Positions 17,126 to 24,578 of a stretch of 24,578 bases of DNA are shown here, piece after piece. How positions within the stretch are numbered: position 1 is the first letter of the stretch; each line of letters starts with the position of its first letter. This DNA comes from Pseudobacteriovorax sp. Lineage in GTDB: Bacteria > Bdellovibrionota_B > Oligoflexia > Oligoflexales > Oligoflexaceae. The notes under the pieces are model-generated. The model was not told the DNA's origin, searched no databases, and was given only the letters and a program-made list of their open reading frames with translations. The stretch is taken from positions 1-24,578 of the forward strand of contig JBNKNM010000072.1 of NCBI GenBank assembly GCA_050293845.1. The letters run 5' to 3'. The position numbers were made by a program, and so were the translations under genes.

Positions 17126-19333
17126 CTATTGCAGACGATTTTTTAAGAATTTCGCGATATGTTTAAATAGGTGTATTCGAGTATTTTTACCTCTGATGCC
17201 ATGTTTCTTGCCTGGATAAGTCATCATATCAAAGGGAAGTGAGCGATCTTGCATCTCTTGGATTAGCTTGGTCATATTGGTAAACAATACATTATCATCA
17301 GCCATACCATGGATCAAAAGGAGACCGTCTTTATATCCATCTATATATGGAAAGACACTGCTGTTTTCATATCCCTTCTGGTTTTTTTCAGGGTGTTCCA
17401 AAAACCTTTCTGTGTAGTGGGTATCATAGAGGTCCCAACCCGTTACGGGAGCTACTGCTACCCCACTTAAGAAGTATGACGAGCCTTTAAACATCGACAT
17501 TATTGCCATATACCCCCCATAGCTCCAGCCGAAAACTCCAATATTATTTGGGAGTACATAGGGCAAGGTCCGGAGGTATTTTACACCAGCGATTTGATCT
17601 TCGACCTCAACGTCCCCTAGTTTGCGATGAAGAATTTTTTCAAACTTTGCATCACGGTTAGCTGACCCTCGATTGTCTAGAGTAAATACAATAAAGCCTT
17701 GTTCTGTAAGGTATTGATCAAAGAAAAAAGAGCTACCGCCCCATGAATTGGTAACTAATTGAGCACCCGGCCCGCCATAAACACGAACAACTACTGGGTA
17801 CTTTTTCTCCGGGCTAAAATTAAAAGGTTTAAGTAACTGATAATGTAAATCACTGCCGTCAGAAGCTTTAATTTTTCCAAAGGTTAGTTGAGGCATGGTG
17901 TTTTTATACTCATAGTATGGATGGGATTGCTCGAGCTGGTTCTTGTTGAGAGTCGTTACAAGATGTCCATCCACCCTTCTTAAAGCCGTCGAAGGCAGAA
18001 TGTTCCAAGCAGAAAAATAGTGAATATAATACTGCGCTTTTTTATCAAAGATTGCTGAGTGATATCCAGGTATTTGCGTCAATCGTTTCGATTTGCGGCT
18101 TTTTAGATCAAGTTGAAATAGGTGCTGTTCAATTGGATTACCATTGTCGCTAAGGTAGTAAACTTTACCTTCATCCTTATTAAAGCCAACAATTTTTCTG
18201 ACGACACCCGGGCCTTGAGTTAGTTTAGTTAAATTCTTACCATCTTTACTCACCCGATAAAGCTGTTTACTTCCATCTCGATCAGATTTCCAGAGCAATT
18301 CGTCATTATTAAGAAAACGCAGGTCGTCGTGCAAGTTTACCCAACGGCTATCTTTTTCTGAAAAAAGTACGAGTCCTCGCCCACCCTTAGAACTAAATTT
18401 AAGTACGTCTAAGGTTTTTTGATCTCGGCTTTGACGTTGCACTAAAAAGTAGCTACCGTCTGCATTCCAGTTTACACGAGCTAGGTAAATATCTTGGTTT
18501 TTTCCTAAATCTACCACAGTGTGGCGTTTAGTTTTCAAATCATAAACAGTCAGCGAAACTTGAGCATTCGTTGTTCCCGCCTGTGGATAGCGTTGATTGT
18601 AGGATTTAAGTTGATCACCATAAATTTCGTAGCGTTGCTGTTCTTGTACTATAGACTCATCAACGCGGCTTACAACTATTCTTTTGTCTTGTGGGGACCA
18701 CCAATACCCAGTCATCCGCCCCATCTCTTCCTGAGCAACAAACTCCGCCTGGCCGTAACGAATTGTCTCCTTACCTTTCTTAGTAACGGTCTGTTCGGCT
18801 TTAGTTTTTAGGTCAAAAACGAATAGGTTCTGATTGCGGATATAGGAGATATAGTGCCCCTCAGGAGAAATTTTGGGGTCGGTTTCAAACTCTATCGTTT
18901 TGGTGATTTGAATTGGCTTTTTACTATTAATATCATAGTAGTACAGGTCGCCTTCGAGAGGAAATAGTAGAAACTTACCATCGCGACTCCATTGATAGCT
19001 TGTAAACCCTTTGGCAGAAAGCCTCTGTCTCTCGCGACGTGCCTTTTCGTCATCTGAGAGTTCAACTTCATCTGGTCGCAGTACTTTAGACTCCAATAGG
19101 AGTTGGTGCTTACCCGTTTTAATATTAAATTCCCAAAGGTCATTTCGTTGGGTATCCCCATCTAAAAAACCCTTCAGGTAAGTCACGCGATCACCTGCGG
19201 GCGACATTTTTAAATTATCGATATCGGGTCCAGATAAAGAGGGTTCTTCGTAAATCCTTTCGATCGTTAAACTTCCAAAAGCAAAGGAAGTTGGAATGAG
19301 GCTGAGAGCCATAGTCAAAAAAAACTTATTCAT
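17126..19333 (-). CDS. Secreted dipeptidyl peptidase IV, S9B family
   Basis: Signal peptide, AEFVAQEEMGRMTGYWWSP, VYGGPGAQ, catalytic GWSYGG, YDTHYTER, HGMADDNV and YPGKKHG. Confidence 0.95.
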   Translation of the reverse strand: MNKFFLTMALSLIPTSFAFGSLTIERIYEEPSLSGPDIDNLKMSPAGDRVTYLKGFLDGDTQRNDLWEFNIKTGKHQLLLESKVLRPDEVELSDDEKARRERQRLSAKGFTSYQWSRDGKFLLFPLEGDLYYYDINSKKPIQITKTIEFETDPKISPEGHYISYIRNQNLFVFDLKTKAEQTVTKKGKETIRYGQAEFVAQEEMGRMTGYWWSPQDKRIVVSRVDESIVQEQQRYEIYGDQLKSYNQRYPQAGTTNAQVSLTVYDLKTKRHTVVDLGKNQDIYLARVNWNADGSYFLVQRQSRDQKTLDVLKFSSKGGRGLVLFSEKDSRWVNLHDDLRFLNNDELLWKSDRDGSKQLYRVSKDGKNLTKLTQGPGVVRKIVGFNKDEGKVYYLSDNGNPIEQHLFQLDLKSRKSKRLTQIPGYHSAIFDKKAQYYIHYFSAWNILPSTALRRVDGHLVTTLNKNQLEQSHPYYEYKNTMPQLTFGKIKASDGSDLHYQLLKPFNFSPEKKYPVVVRVYGGPGAQLVTNSWGGSSFFFDQYLTEQGFIVFTLDNRGSANRDAKFEKILHRKLGDVEVEDQIAGVKYLRTLPYVLPNNIGVFGWSYGGYMAIMSMFKGSSYFLSGVAVAPVTGWDLYDTHYTERFLEHPEKNQKGYENSSVFPYIDGYKDGLLLIHGMADDNVLFTNMTKLIQEMQDRSLPFDMMTYPGKKHGIRGKNTRIHLFKHIAKFLKNRLQ

Positions 19334-19423
19334 TAGGTAACCCCTTTAATTCAATACCGACAGCTACTTTTAGCAAATACTCTGGGGCTGGACAATGATT
19401 CAGTACAGGACATTCGTTAACTA

Positions 19424-20257
19424 GTTCACCTTGAAGAACCCAAAAAAACCAGTTCAGAATGAATCCTTCTTTAGGAGCGCGAGGGTATTTCGAAAAGTGA
19501 ACATGTCCTATTAGCGGTAGACTCGATCGAATTTGCAGCATCAACGATGAAATTACTGCCAAAAATTCAATAAAAATAGCTTCTTTTAACCATTTTCCCA
19601 GCTTTTTCAGGTTAAAGGTGCAGCCTGCCAATAAACTACTCATCATGTCGCCAAACGGGCCTGCCAAACGATTGCATCCCATGCGATGGTCTGATTTGAG
19701 ACGACTGATGACAGGCTCAATACTAGCCCGTTTACGCAGATAGCTTTTGGTTTCCTGACTATGGCGCTTAAGTCCTTGCCTGTGAACTTGAGTGCCAAAA
19801 ACATAACCATCATAGCCCGTATAACCGCGATCAACATAGGCATCTTGAGGCCATTGTGCGAGTAAATCTTTGACTTGACATAAGCTATTTGAAAGGGTTT
19901 TACCATCGTAGTGGTTTTCTGCAAATGAGTGTATTCCAACAACAATTCTGTTATCAGCAGTAGTAGCTAGAGAAATCTTGTTACCAAATTCATCGCGTTT
20001 ATGGGCTTTGCCCTTGCTAATACAGCGAACTTCGGAGGCATGCATACTGTAGATTTTATTTTTCGTGTTTTACTTTTGGTTACAATGAAAGGCCGCTCTA
20101 TCCAAAACCCAAGACAACCTTTAAGAAAAGCTAGTGGATTTTCTTCTAATATCCCGTATCACCCTACTCAAAATAGTTTTCAACCTACGCAGGGTTCGTT
20201 TGGATCTTTTCATGGAACCTCTATTTTTGTAGAATATTGGCGCTCTTCAGGACGAAC
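19424..20257 (-). mobile_element. Defective IS5-family element with terminal inverted repeats, flanked by TA
   Basis: Ends GTTCACCTTGAAGA (19424-) and TCTTCAGGACGAAC (-20257) are imperfect inverted repeats, with TA on each outer side. Inside: transposase remnants MKRSKRTLRRLKTILSRVIRDIRRK, then after a stop KNKIYSMHASEVRCISKGKAHKRDEFGNK, YVDRGYTG and RASIEPVISRLKSDHRM. The N-terminal part is missing. Confidence 0.85.
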
Positions 20258-20266
20258 TATCTAGGT

Positions 20267-20293
20267 ACTTCTCGATGTCTTCTATCGAGAAGT
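20267..20293. repeat. 10-bp perfect inverted repeat
   Basis: ACTTCTCGAT-N7-ATCGAGAAGT, immediately outside the IS5 end; function unknown. Confidence 0.5.
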
Positions 20294-21044
20294 TCAAGAA
20301 TCCAAACATCATAAAATTAATAGTTGCTTACATATGTGATTTTCGCTCCCTCGCTTTGGACAGCGACTCTTCTTGAGTCAGTAATGATCCATAACCAGTT
20401 TTAAAATACGAATAAAGCGACAAAAGCCATTAACAGAAATTTTCTACAGACCAAATTCATCTCATGTATCTCTAAGTTGTTACCGAATTGGTTTAATACC
20501 TTTCGAATTCGTTGAAACAAGCTTGCTATTTACCACTCTTCTAAGCCCACCTCCAAAAACAGTATCAACTACAGATTCTATCGGATTGCCAGTTGAGTTG
20601 AGAAAAATTTCTCGATTGAAGGAATGATTTCGTCGTCACTCTCATAGTATTTCAAGTCGACAAACTGCTTCATTTTTAGTCCCTAATTAGATTCAGAGGT
20701 TTAAGAACAATTCTTCAAATATCGACATTTCGTTACTTATAGATAAAACCGAATCCTCTGTGAAATTTCTAGAAGGAACCCCGATAAAGTTCACGAGCAA
20801 GCGAAAAACGGCCTACACAAAAGAGATAAGGACCCGCTGATATTATTGCAATTTTATTGTTTTAAAATAAGTTAAACGTAATGCCACAGCGACATTCTTT
20901 TTTTATTGAATACTATTCTCATTGTGTTACTCTGGGTTGCATTGAAGCACGAAGTATTATTCGGAGATTTGGCATCGCACCACTTAATTCCTACTGGATA
21001 TCTGTCGAAATTTAGAATGTAGGACCGCAAGAAATGAGATACCT

Positions 21045-21818
21045 ATGAAGCCTTTGCTCTTATTTTTTACTGTGATTGCATTTTTATTTCAGACTTCTTG
21101 CACCATGACGGGATCGAAACCTGTTCGCAAAGTCTTGATGGTTGCAGGGAATGGAACCACAGTTTACGATGTCGAGAAAAACAAGAGTGCCTCGAATTCA
21201 ATCGATGAATACACTGGCGCTTACATGGTCTTTCGAATGGCTGGCTACGACATTGATATTGTTACGCCTTTAGGTGGCGAAGCTGTCTTCTCAGGATTTT
21301 ACCCTGAACCAACCAGCCCATATGTAGAAAGATATGAAGGCTTCGGAGAAAAGAAATCAAATACCCTAAGTCAAAAAGACATTAAAGTTGATGACTATGA
21401 AATTGTATTTTATGGCGGAGGCTACGGAGTCGTTTTCGAGCTCAAGGACGCTACGTCTATCAATCGATCGGTTGGAGAAATCTATTCAAACGGAGGGGTT
21501 CTAGCAGGATGCGGTCACGGTCCGGCAGGACTCGCACATGTCGTCGATAGCAAGGGAAACTTCATTGTAGCCGGAAAGACGGTCACTGGGTTTCCAAACT
21601 CGACAGAACAAACCAAGGACTGGGCTGATTATGGTCGCCAACTACCCTTTACAGTGGAAGATATCTTGAGAAAAAATGGAGCTAAGTTTTTGACCAAAGA
21701 AGACCTCAACGACAAGTACGATATCGTCTCGAATCAAAGAATTGTAACCTCGATGTTCAAGCCAATGTGCGGAATTGTGGCAAAAGAGGCTATTGATCTC
21801 AAAAATGGCAAGCTTTAG
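21045..21818 (+). CDS. Type 1 glutamine amidotransferase-like DJ-1/PfpI (Hsp31-like) protein, putative lipoprotein
   Basis: Lipobox-like QTSC, KVLMV, DEYTGAYMVF, IDIVTPLGG, YEIVFYGGGYG, GCGHGPAGL and AGKTVTGFPN. Confidence 0.85.
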   Translation: MKPLLLFFTVIAFLFQTSCTMTGSKPVRKVLMVAGNGTTVYDVEKNKSASNSIDEYTGAYMVFRMAGYDIDIVTPLGGEAVFSGFYPEPTSPYVERYEGFGEKKSNTLSQKDIKVDDYEIVFYGGGYGVVFELKDATSINRSVGEIYSNGGVLAGCGHGPAGLAHVVDSKGNFIVAGKTVTGFPNSTEQTKDWADYGRQLPFTVEDILRKNGAKFLTKEDLNDKYDIVSNQRIVTSMFKPMCGIVAKEAIDLKNGKL

Positions 21819-22023
21819 TGTTTTTGATTTTTAATCAGGTGAATCCAAAAAAGTAGTAGCCTCTTCACCAAATATCCTAATAATCCTTTCCATATCAGGA
21901 TTCAAACCTTTCATCATTTTTAAAGTCAAAAACTCGAAAATTTGATTGAACCGATCTTTTAAGCAACAACATAAATCTACCTTTATCATGCATGCTCTGG
22001 AAGCATATGTTTGATGGCTTGAT

Positions 22024-22165
22024 TGAGGAAGTCCCAAATTTCTGGACACTCTCTAAGCAAAACTATCTGGACAAAGCTTAATTCATTGCTTGACGCGATT
22101 CCTGTTGATGTATTTTTCGAGCCAAATATTCAGCTCATTCCAGGGAATTCGGCATCATTATAGTA
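22024..22165 (-). mobile_element. Possible IS3-family right-end remnant
   Basis: TGAGGAAGTCCCAAATTTCTGGACA (22024-22048) fits the IS3 terminal pattern TG-N-CCC-N-TGGACA. The adjacent minus-strand reading (YN...SL..AEYLARK...stop) weakly resembles an OrfB C-terminus. Confidence 0.4.
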
Positions 22166-22249
22166 TCTTAAAAATTTACAAAGAAGTTCGTTAATTTTTA
22201 CTTTAAAAAGTGCTAAATTTAATGGCCTTAAGTAATGATAAGGTGATAT

Positions 22250-22546
22250 ATGAACAACAATAACCCAACAAAACTCAAAAGACTTTATATAAGCTTCGTC
22301 TGCGATATCGTCGGTATGCTGTCCTTTTCTTTACCATTAATTGGTGAATCTTTTGACTTTATCTGGGCTCCTCTGGCAAGTTTTATCATTCTACGAATGT
22401 ATCCTGGCGTTGCGGGGAAGGTGGGAGCTGTTACCAGCTTTATAGAGGAACTTACGCCGTTCTTAGACTTTATTCCTACCTTTACTCTAACCTGGATATA
22501 TTATTACTATATTAAGAAACCAGATAATAAGAAAATAGCCGATTAA
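22250..22546 (+). CDS. Small hypothetical membrane protein
   Basis: AAGGTGA RBS and hydrophobic helices with DIVGMLSF, GESFDFIWAP and EELTPFLDFIPTFTLTW, which look like a conserved family pattern. Confidence 0.75.
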   Translation: MNNNNPTKLKRLYISFVCDIVGMLSFSLPLIGESFDFIWAPLASFIILRMYPGVAGKVGAVTSFIEELTPFLDFIPTFTLTWIYYYYIKKPDNKKIAD

Positions 22547-22677
22547 AATATCGCTCCCTCAACGACCAATCGAACTTATCACCCAACAACAGCAACTCAT
22601 GCTCAGGGTTTATGTCTTTTCCAACGGTACACGAAATAGTTCAGGTTAACGGTTTTGGTTTGCCTAGGCTTTGACAT
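22530..22677 (-). pseudogene. Degenerate N-terminal fragment of an IS5-family transposase
   Basis: Not in the ORF track. With two frameshifts it reads MSKPRQTKTV / PELFRVPLEK / INPEHELLLLGDKFDWSLRERYFNRLFS, matching the IS5 N-terminal LF...L...I...H.L..L...(I/F)DW pattern. Confidence 0.65.
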
Positions 22678-22806
22678 TTCTACCAGCTTTCCTACTATAT
22701 TCATGACAAATGTGGACGTTCTTGGATGGGACAGCATGGCTTTATTTCCATTCCAAGGGTATGATTGGTCTTCACTCCACGAAATAAGATGCTACTACTA
22801 GGTGTT

Positions 22807-22846
22807 GTTCCCCACATTAACCGCATTTTCGGTTAATGTGGGGAAC
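22807..22846. terminator. Perfect 17-bp hairpin; probable terminator or REP-like element
   Basis: GTTCCCCACATTAACCG-CATTTT-CGGTTAATGTGGGGAAC, 70 bp downstream of the oxidoreductase stop codon. Confidence 0.65.
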
Positions 22847-22916
22847 GCTTATCTTTCATTAGCTTTTAATTGTTACAACAGCCAATAGCAGATCCATCGC
22901 ATCGCAATAGTATCTT

Positions 22917-23624
22917 TTATGACGCTGCATGAGCAAGAGCCGATTCAGTTTTACACCCTACGATAGCTGGTGCTACTTGAACAAGACTATCGTCGGTTAA
23001 TGCTGCTACCATAAACAGTGCAAAGTCAATGCGCCTTGTGCGATTACTGGTTAGAATCGGATCACCGACATGATGGCTCCACTTAGGCAATCCTTGACTT
23101 TCACCTTCCTCAAGATCACTGCCACGTACGACGGTCCACTTCCGATCTGAGCGAACAATTCGATCACATGCTTCCACTTGATCATCAATTTCCACCAACC
23201 TTAGAGCCCGAGCAATGAATCCAAAGATCTTTACCATCCAAAGGAAGCCTTTCGTGTATTGATCCTTACCATCACGAGTGATATGCCAACCACAGGAAAA
23301 AACCAACCGAGCACCTTTGGAGGCATGATCTAGTACTGCTTGAGCGGTTCCAGATGCATATTGCTGCACTCCCCAAGGGACAAGAACTGTTAAGACCCCA
23401 TCGCAACCAGCGACCGCCTTAGCAATCACTTCTGAATCATTAGTAGCCCCAGGAACAATTGTTATCCTATCCTTGAACTCGGCTAATTTTGAAACACTTT
23501 TTTCTCGACATACCCCAACAACCTCATAACCACGATCAAGAGCATGTTTCACCATATAGCGACCAAGTTTTCCAGAGGCTCCAATGATACAAACCTTGAA
23601 TTTTTTTCTTTTACTCTGACTCAT
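22917..23624 (-). CDS. NAD(P)H-binding oxidoreductase (atypical SDR, flavin/biliverdin reductase-like)
   Basis: KVCIIGASGKLG Rossmann motif, ALDRGYEVVGVCR, WTVVR and RIDFALFM. AGGAG RBS favours the ATG at 23624. Confidence 0.9.
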   Translation of the reverse strand: MSQSKRKKFKVCIIGASGKLGRYMVKHALDRGYEVVGVCREKSVSKLAEFKDRITIVPGATNDSEVIAKAVAGCDGVLTVLVPWGVQQYASGTAQAVLDHASKGARLVFSCGWHITRDGKDQYTKGFLWMVKIFGFIARALRLVEIDDQVEACDRIVRSDRKWTVVRGSDLEEGESQGLPKWSHHVGDPILTSNRTRRIDFALFMVAALTDDSLVQVAPAIVGCKTESALAHAAS

Positions 23625-23688
23625 ATTCAAGCTCCTATGAAGAAGTTAATCTGTTTTTGATTTGTGTCGATATGGAACTTGCCTTTCC

Positions 23689-23727
23689 TTACCTTACAGC
23701 GTATGGTTACCTTACGGTATAAGGTAA
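23689..23727. promoter_or_regulatory. Two tandem palindromic operators (TetR-like)
   Basis: TTACCTTACAGCGTATGGTTA (23689-23709) and TTACCTTACGGTATAAGGTAA (23707-23727), repeated at 18-bp spacing 65-100 bp upstream of the oxidoreductase. Confidence 0.7.
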
Positions 23728-23756
23728 TTAAAACTTGACCCATTTGTAAAGAGATA

Positions 23757-24500
23757 GTAACTTCTCAATATCGACGGAATGCCATAAATTATGGAACAGA
23801 ACCGTTTGGGATTGATTTCGACAAGAATTCAAACACAGAAGGCATCATGACTTTAATTTTTTAGCGAGGTCTATGCTGATAACACTCCCGTTGCTTTTGG
23901 AGTTGAAGATATGAGGCTATTTTTAGCAGCTTTTTCTTCCATAAGAACAGCAAGCTTCTTGATATTACCAACCTCCGATAAACGGTCACCAAGATAGTTC
24001 CAAAAGGATATCCCTAGCTTCCTGCAGGTTTTCTTTAGACTTGCAAATGTATCTCGACACTGACGACCGGCGGCGCTGCGAGTGCCTCCGCTCATCTTAC
24101 GACGCTTGACAAATTCCCTGATATCCCCCTCTGATCCATTGTTGTGCAAAGGGGCATCTGGGTGGTCCAATATCACTAAAAGTTCTTGCTTTTTGCCATA
24201 GATCCGTTTCATGGCGAGGTTAAGGCTTGAAAAACAGGTTCTAGTATTAAAAAGCCAGTCAAATTTTTCCCATATTGCTTCTCGATGCTTCTTGCTTGGC
24301 GATAAGCAGTATGTTTTTAACTCTTCGTAGAAAGCCCAAATCCCTTCCAAAGCTTTTTCTTGGGCAAGACGTCCTTCTTCGCTTATTGGGACTAACTCTT
24401 TTATATGTCGAGCCTCATGGACCCAACATAGAGCATGGATCATCAGTGGAATATGAATTGCCCGGCATCATCGCTAAGGATTATAAGATTACGATTCAAA
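23757..24500 (-). mobile_element. IS66-family remnant: right inverted repeat and frameshifted, 5'-truncated transposase
   Basis: IR-like GTAACTTCTCAATA at 23757. Transposase motifs IILSDDAGQF / HALCWVHEAR, PLHNNGSEGDIR, KRRKMSGGTRS and SLKKTCRKLGISFWNYLGDRL. Frameshift near 24455; similarity appears lost above ~24500. Confidence 0.85.
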
Positions 24501-24578
24501 CGAGAAATATCAGAATTTGGTGTTTGAGGTAAGAGAGTCGGCATCGCTGACAGCCTCTTTTACCCCATCCTTAAACCT

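Noticed and set aside
19384..19400. GGGGCTGGACAATGATT resembles a tmRNA 5' end
   Set aside because: It lacks the GATTCGAC motif, is on the opposite strand to the 3' fragment at 16831, and has no matching 3' end nearby.
19326..20045. 239-aa ORF as an intact transposase
   Set aside because: It lacks the N-terminal half, has an in-frame stop 9 codons upstream, and its tail reads through the element end.
21831..22049. 72-aa minus-strand ORF
   Set aside because: It starts inside the putative IS3 inverted repeat and has no recognisable domain; at most a gene remnant.
22801..22846. GTGTTGTTCCCCAC... resembles the start of a type I-E CRISPR repeat
   Set aside because: Single palindromic unit, with no direct repeats, spacers or cas genes.

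Overview
AT-rich bacterial chromosomal window. Gene content suggests Bdellovibrionota, probably Oligoflexia; this is an inference from the Agl/Glt-type motor operon, a TIGR02147/DUF4423 protein, a GNGG-motif secreted protein and an LRR lipoprotein. Left part (1-11.9 kb) is core-like: an ExbB-ExbD-ExbD-outer-membrane barrel-TPR operon resembling the AglRQS/Glt gliding machinery, a divergent receiver-like/HATPase protein, NADP-isocitrate dehydrogenase, an Hpt-receiver fusion, an LRR lipoprotein, a solo LuxR-type HTH, a secreted TPR protein, a HAD-IB hydrolase and RoxA/YcfD. Right part (11.9-24.6 kb) is accessory and full of debris: an asparagine-synthase fragment, a coupled three-gene module, two DJ-1/PfpI proteins, a tRNA-like 3' fragment, dipeptidyl peptidase IV, IS5, IS3 and IS66 remnants, and an NAD(P)-binding oxidoreductase with tandem TetR-like operators. 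The three-gene module (TIGR02147 HTH protein + secreted HExxH zincin fused to a small beta-barrel + beta-propeller lipoprotein, 12426-15563) is the best candidate for an undescribed system. A sigma28-like promoter motif with identical spacing occurs upstream of six unrelated genes. All protein calls come from motif recognition by eye, not from database searches.
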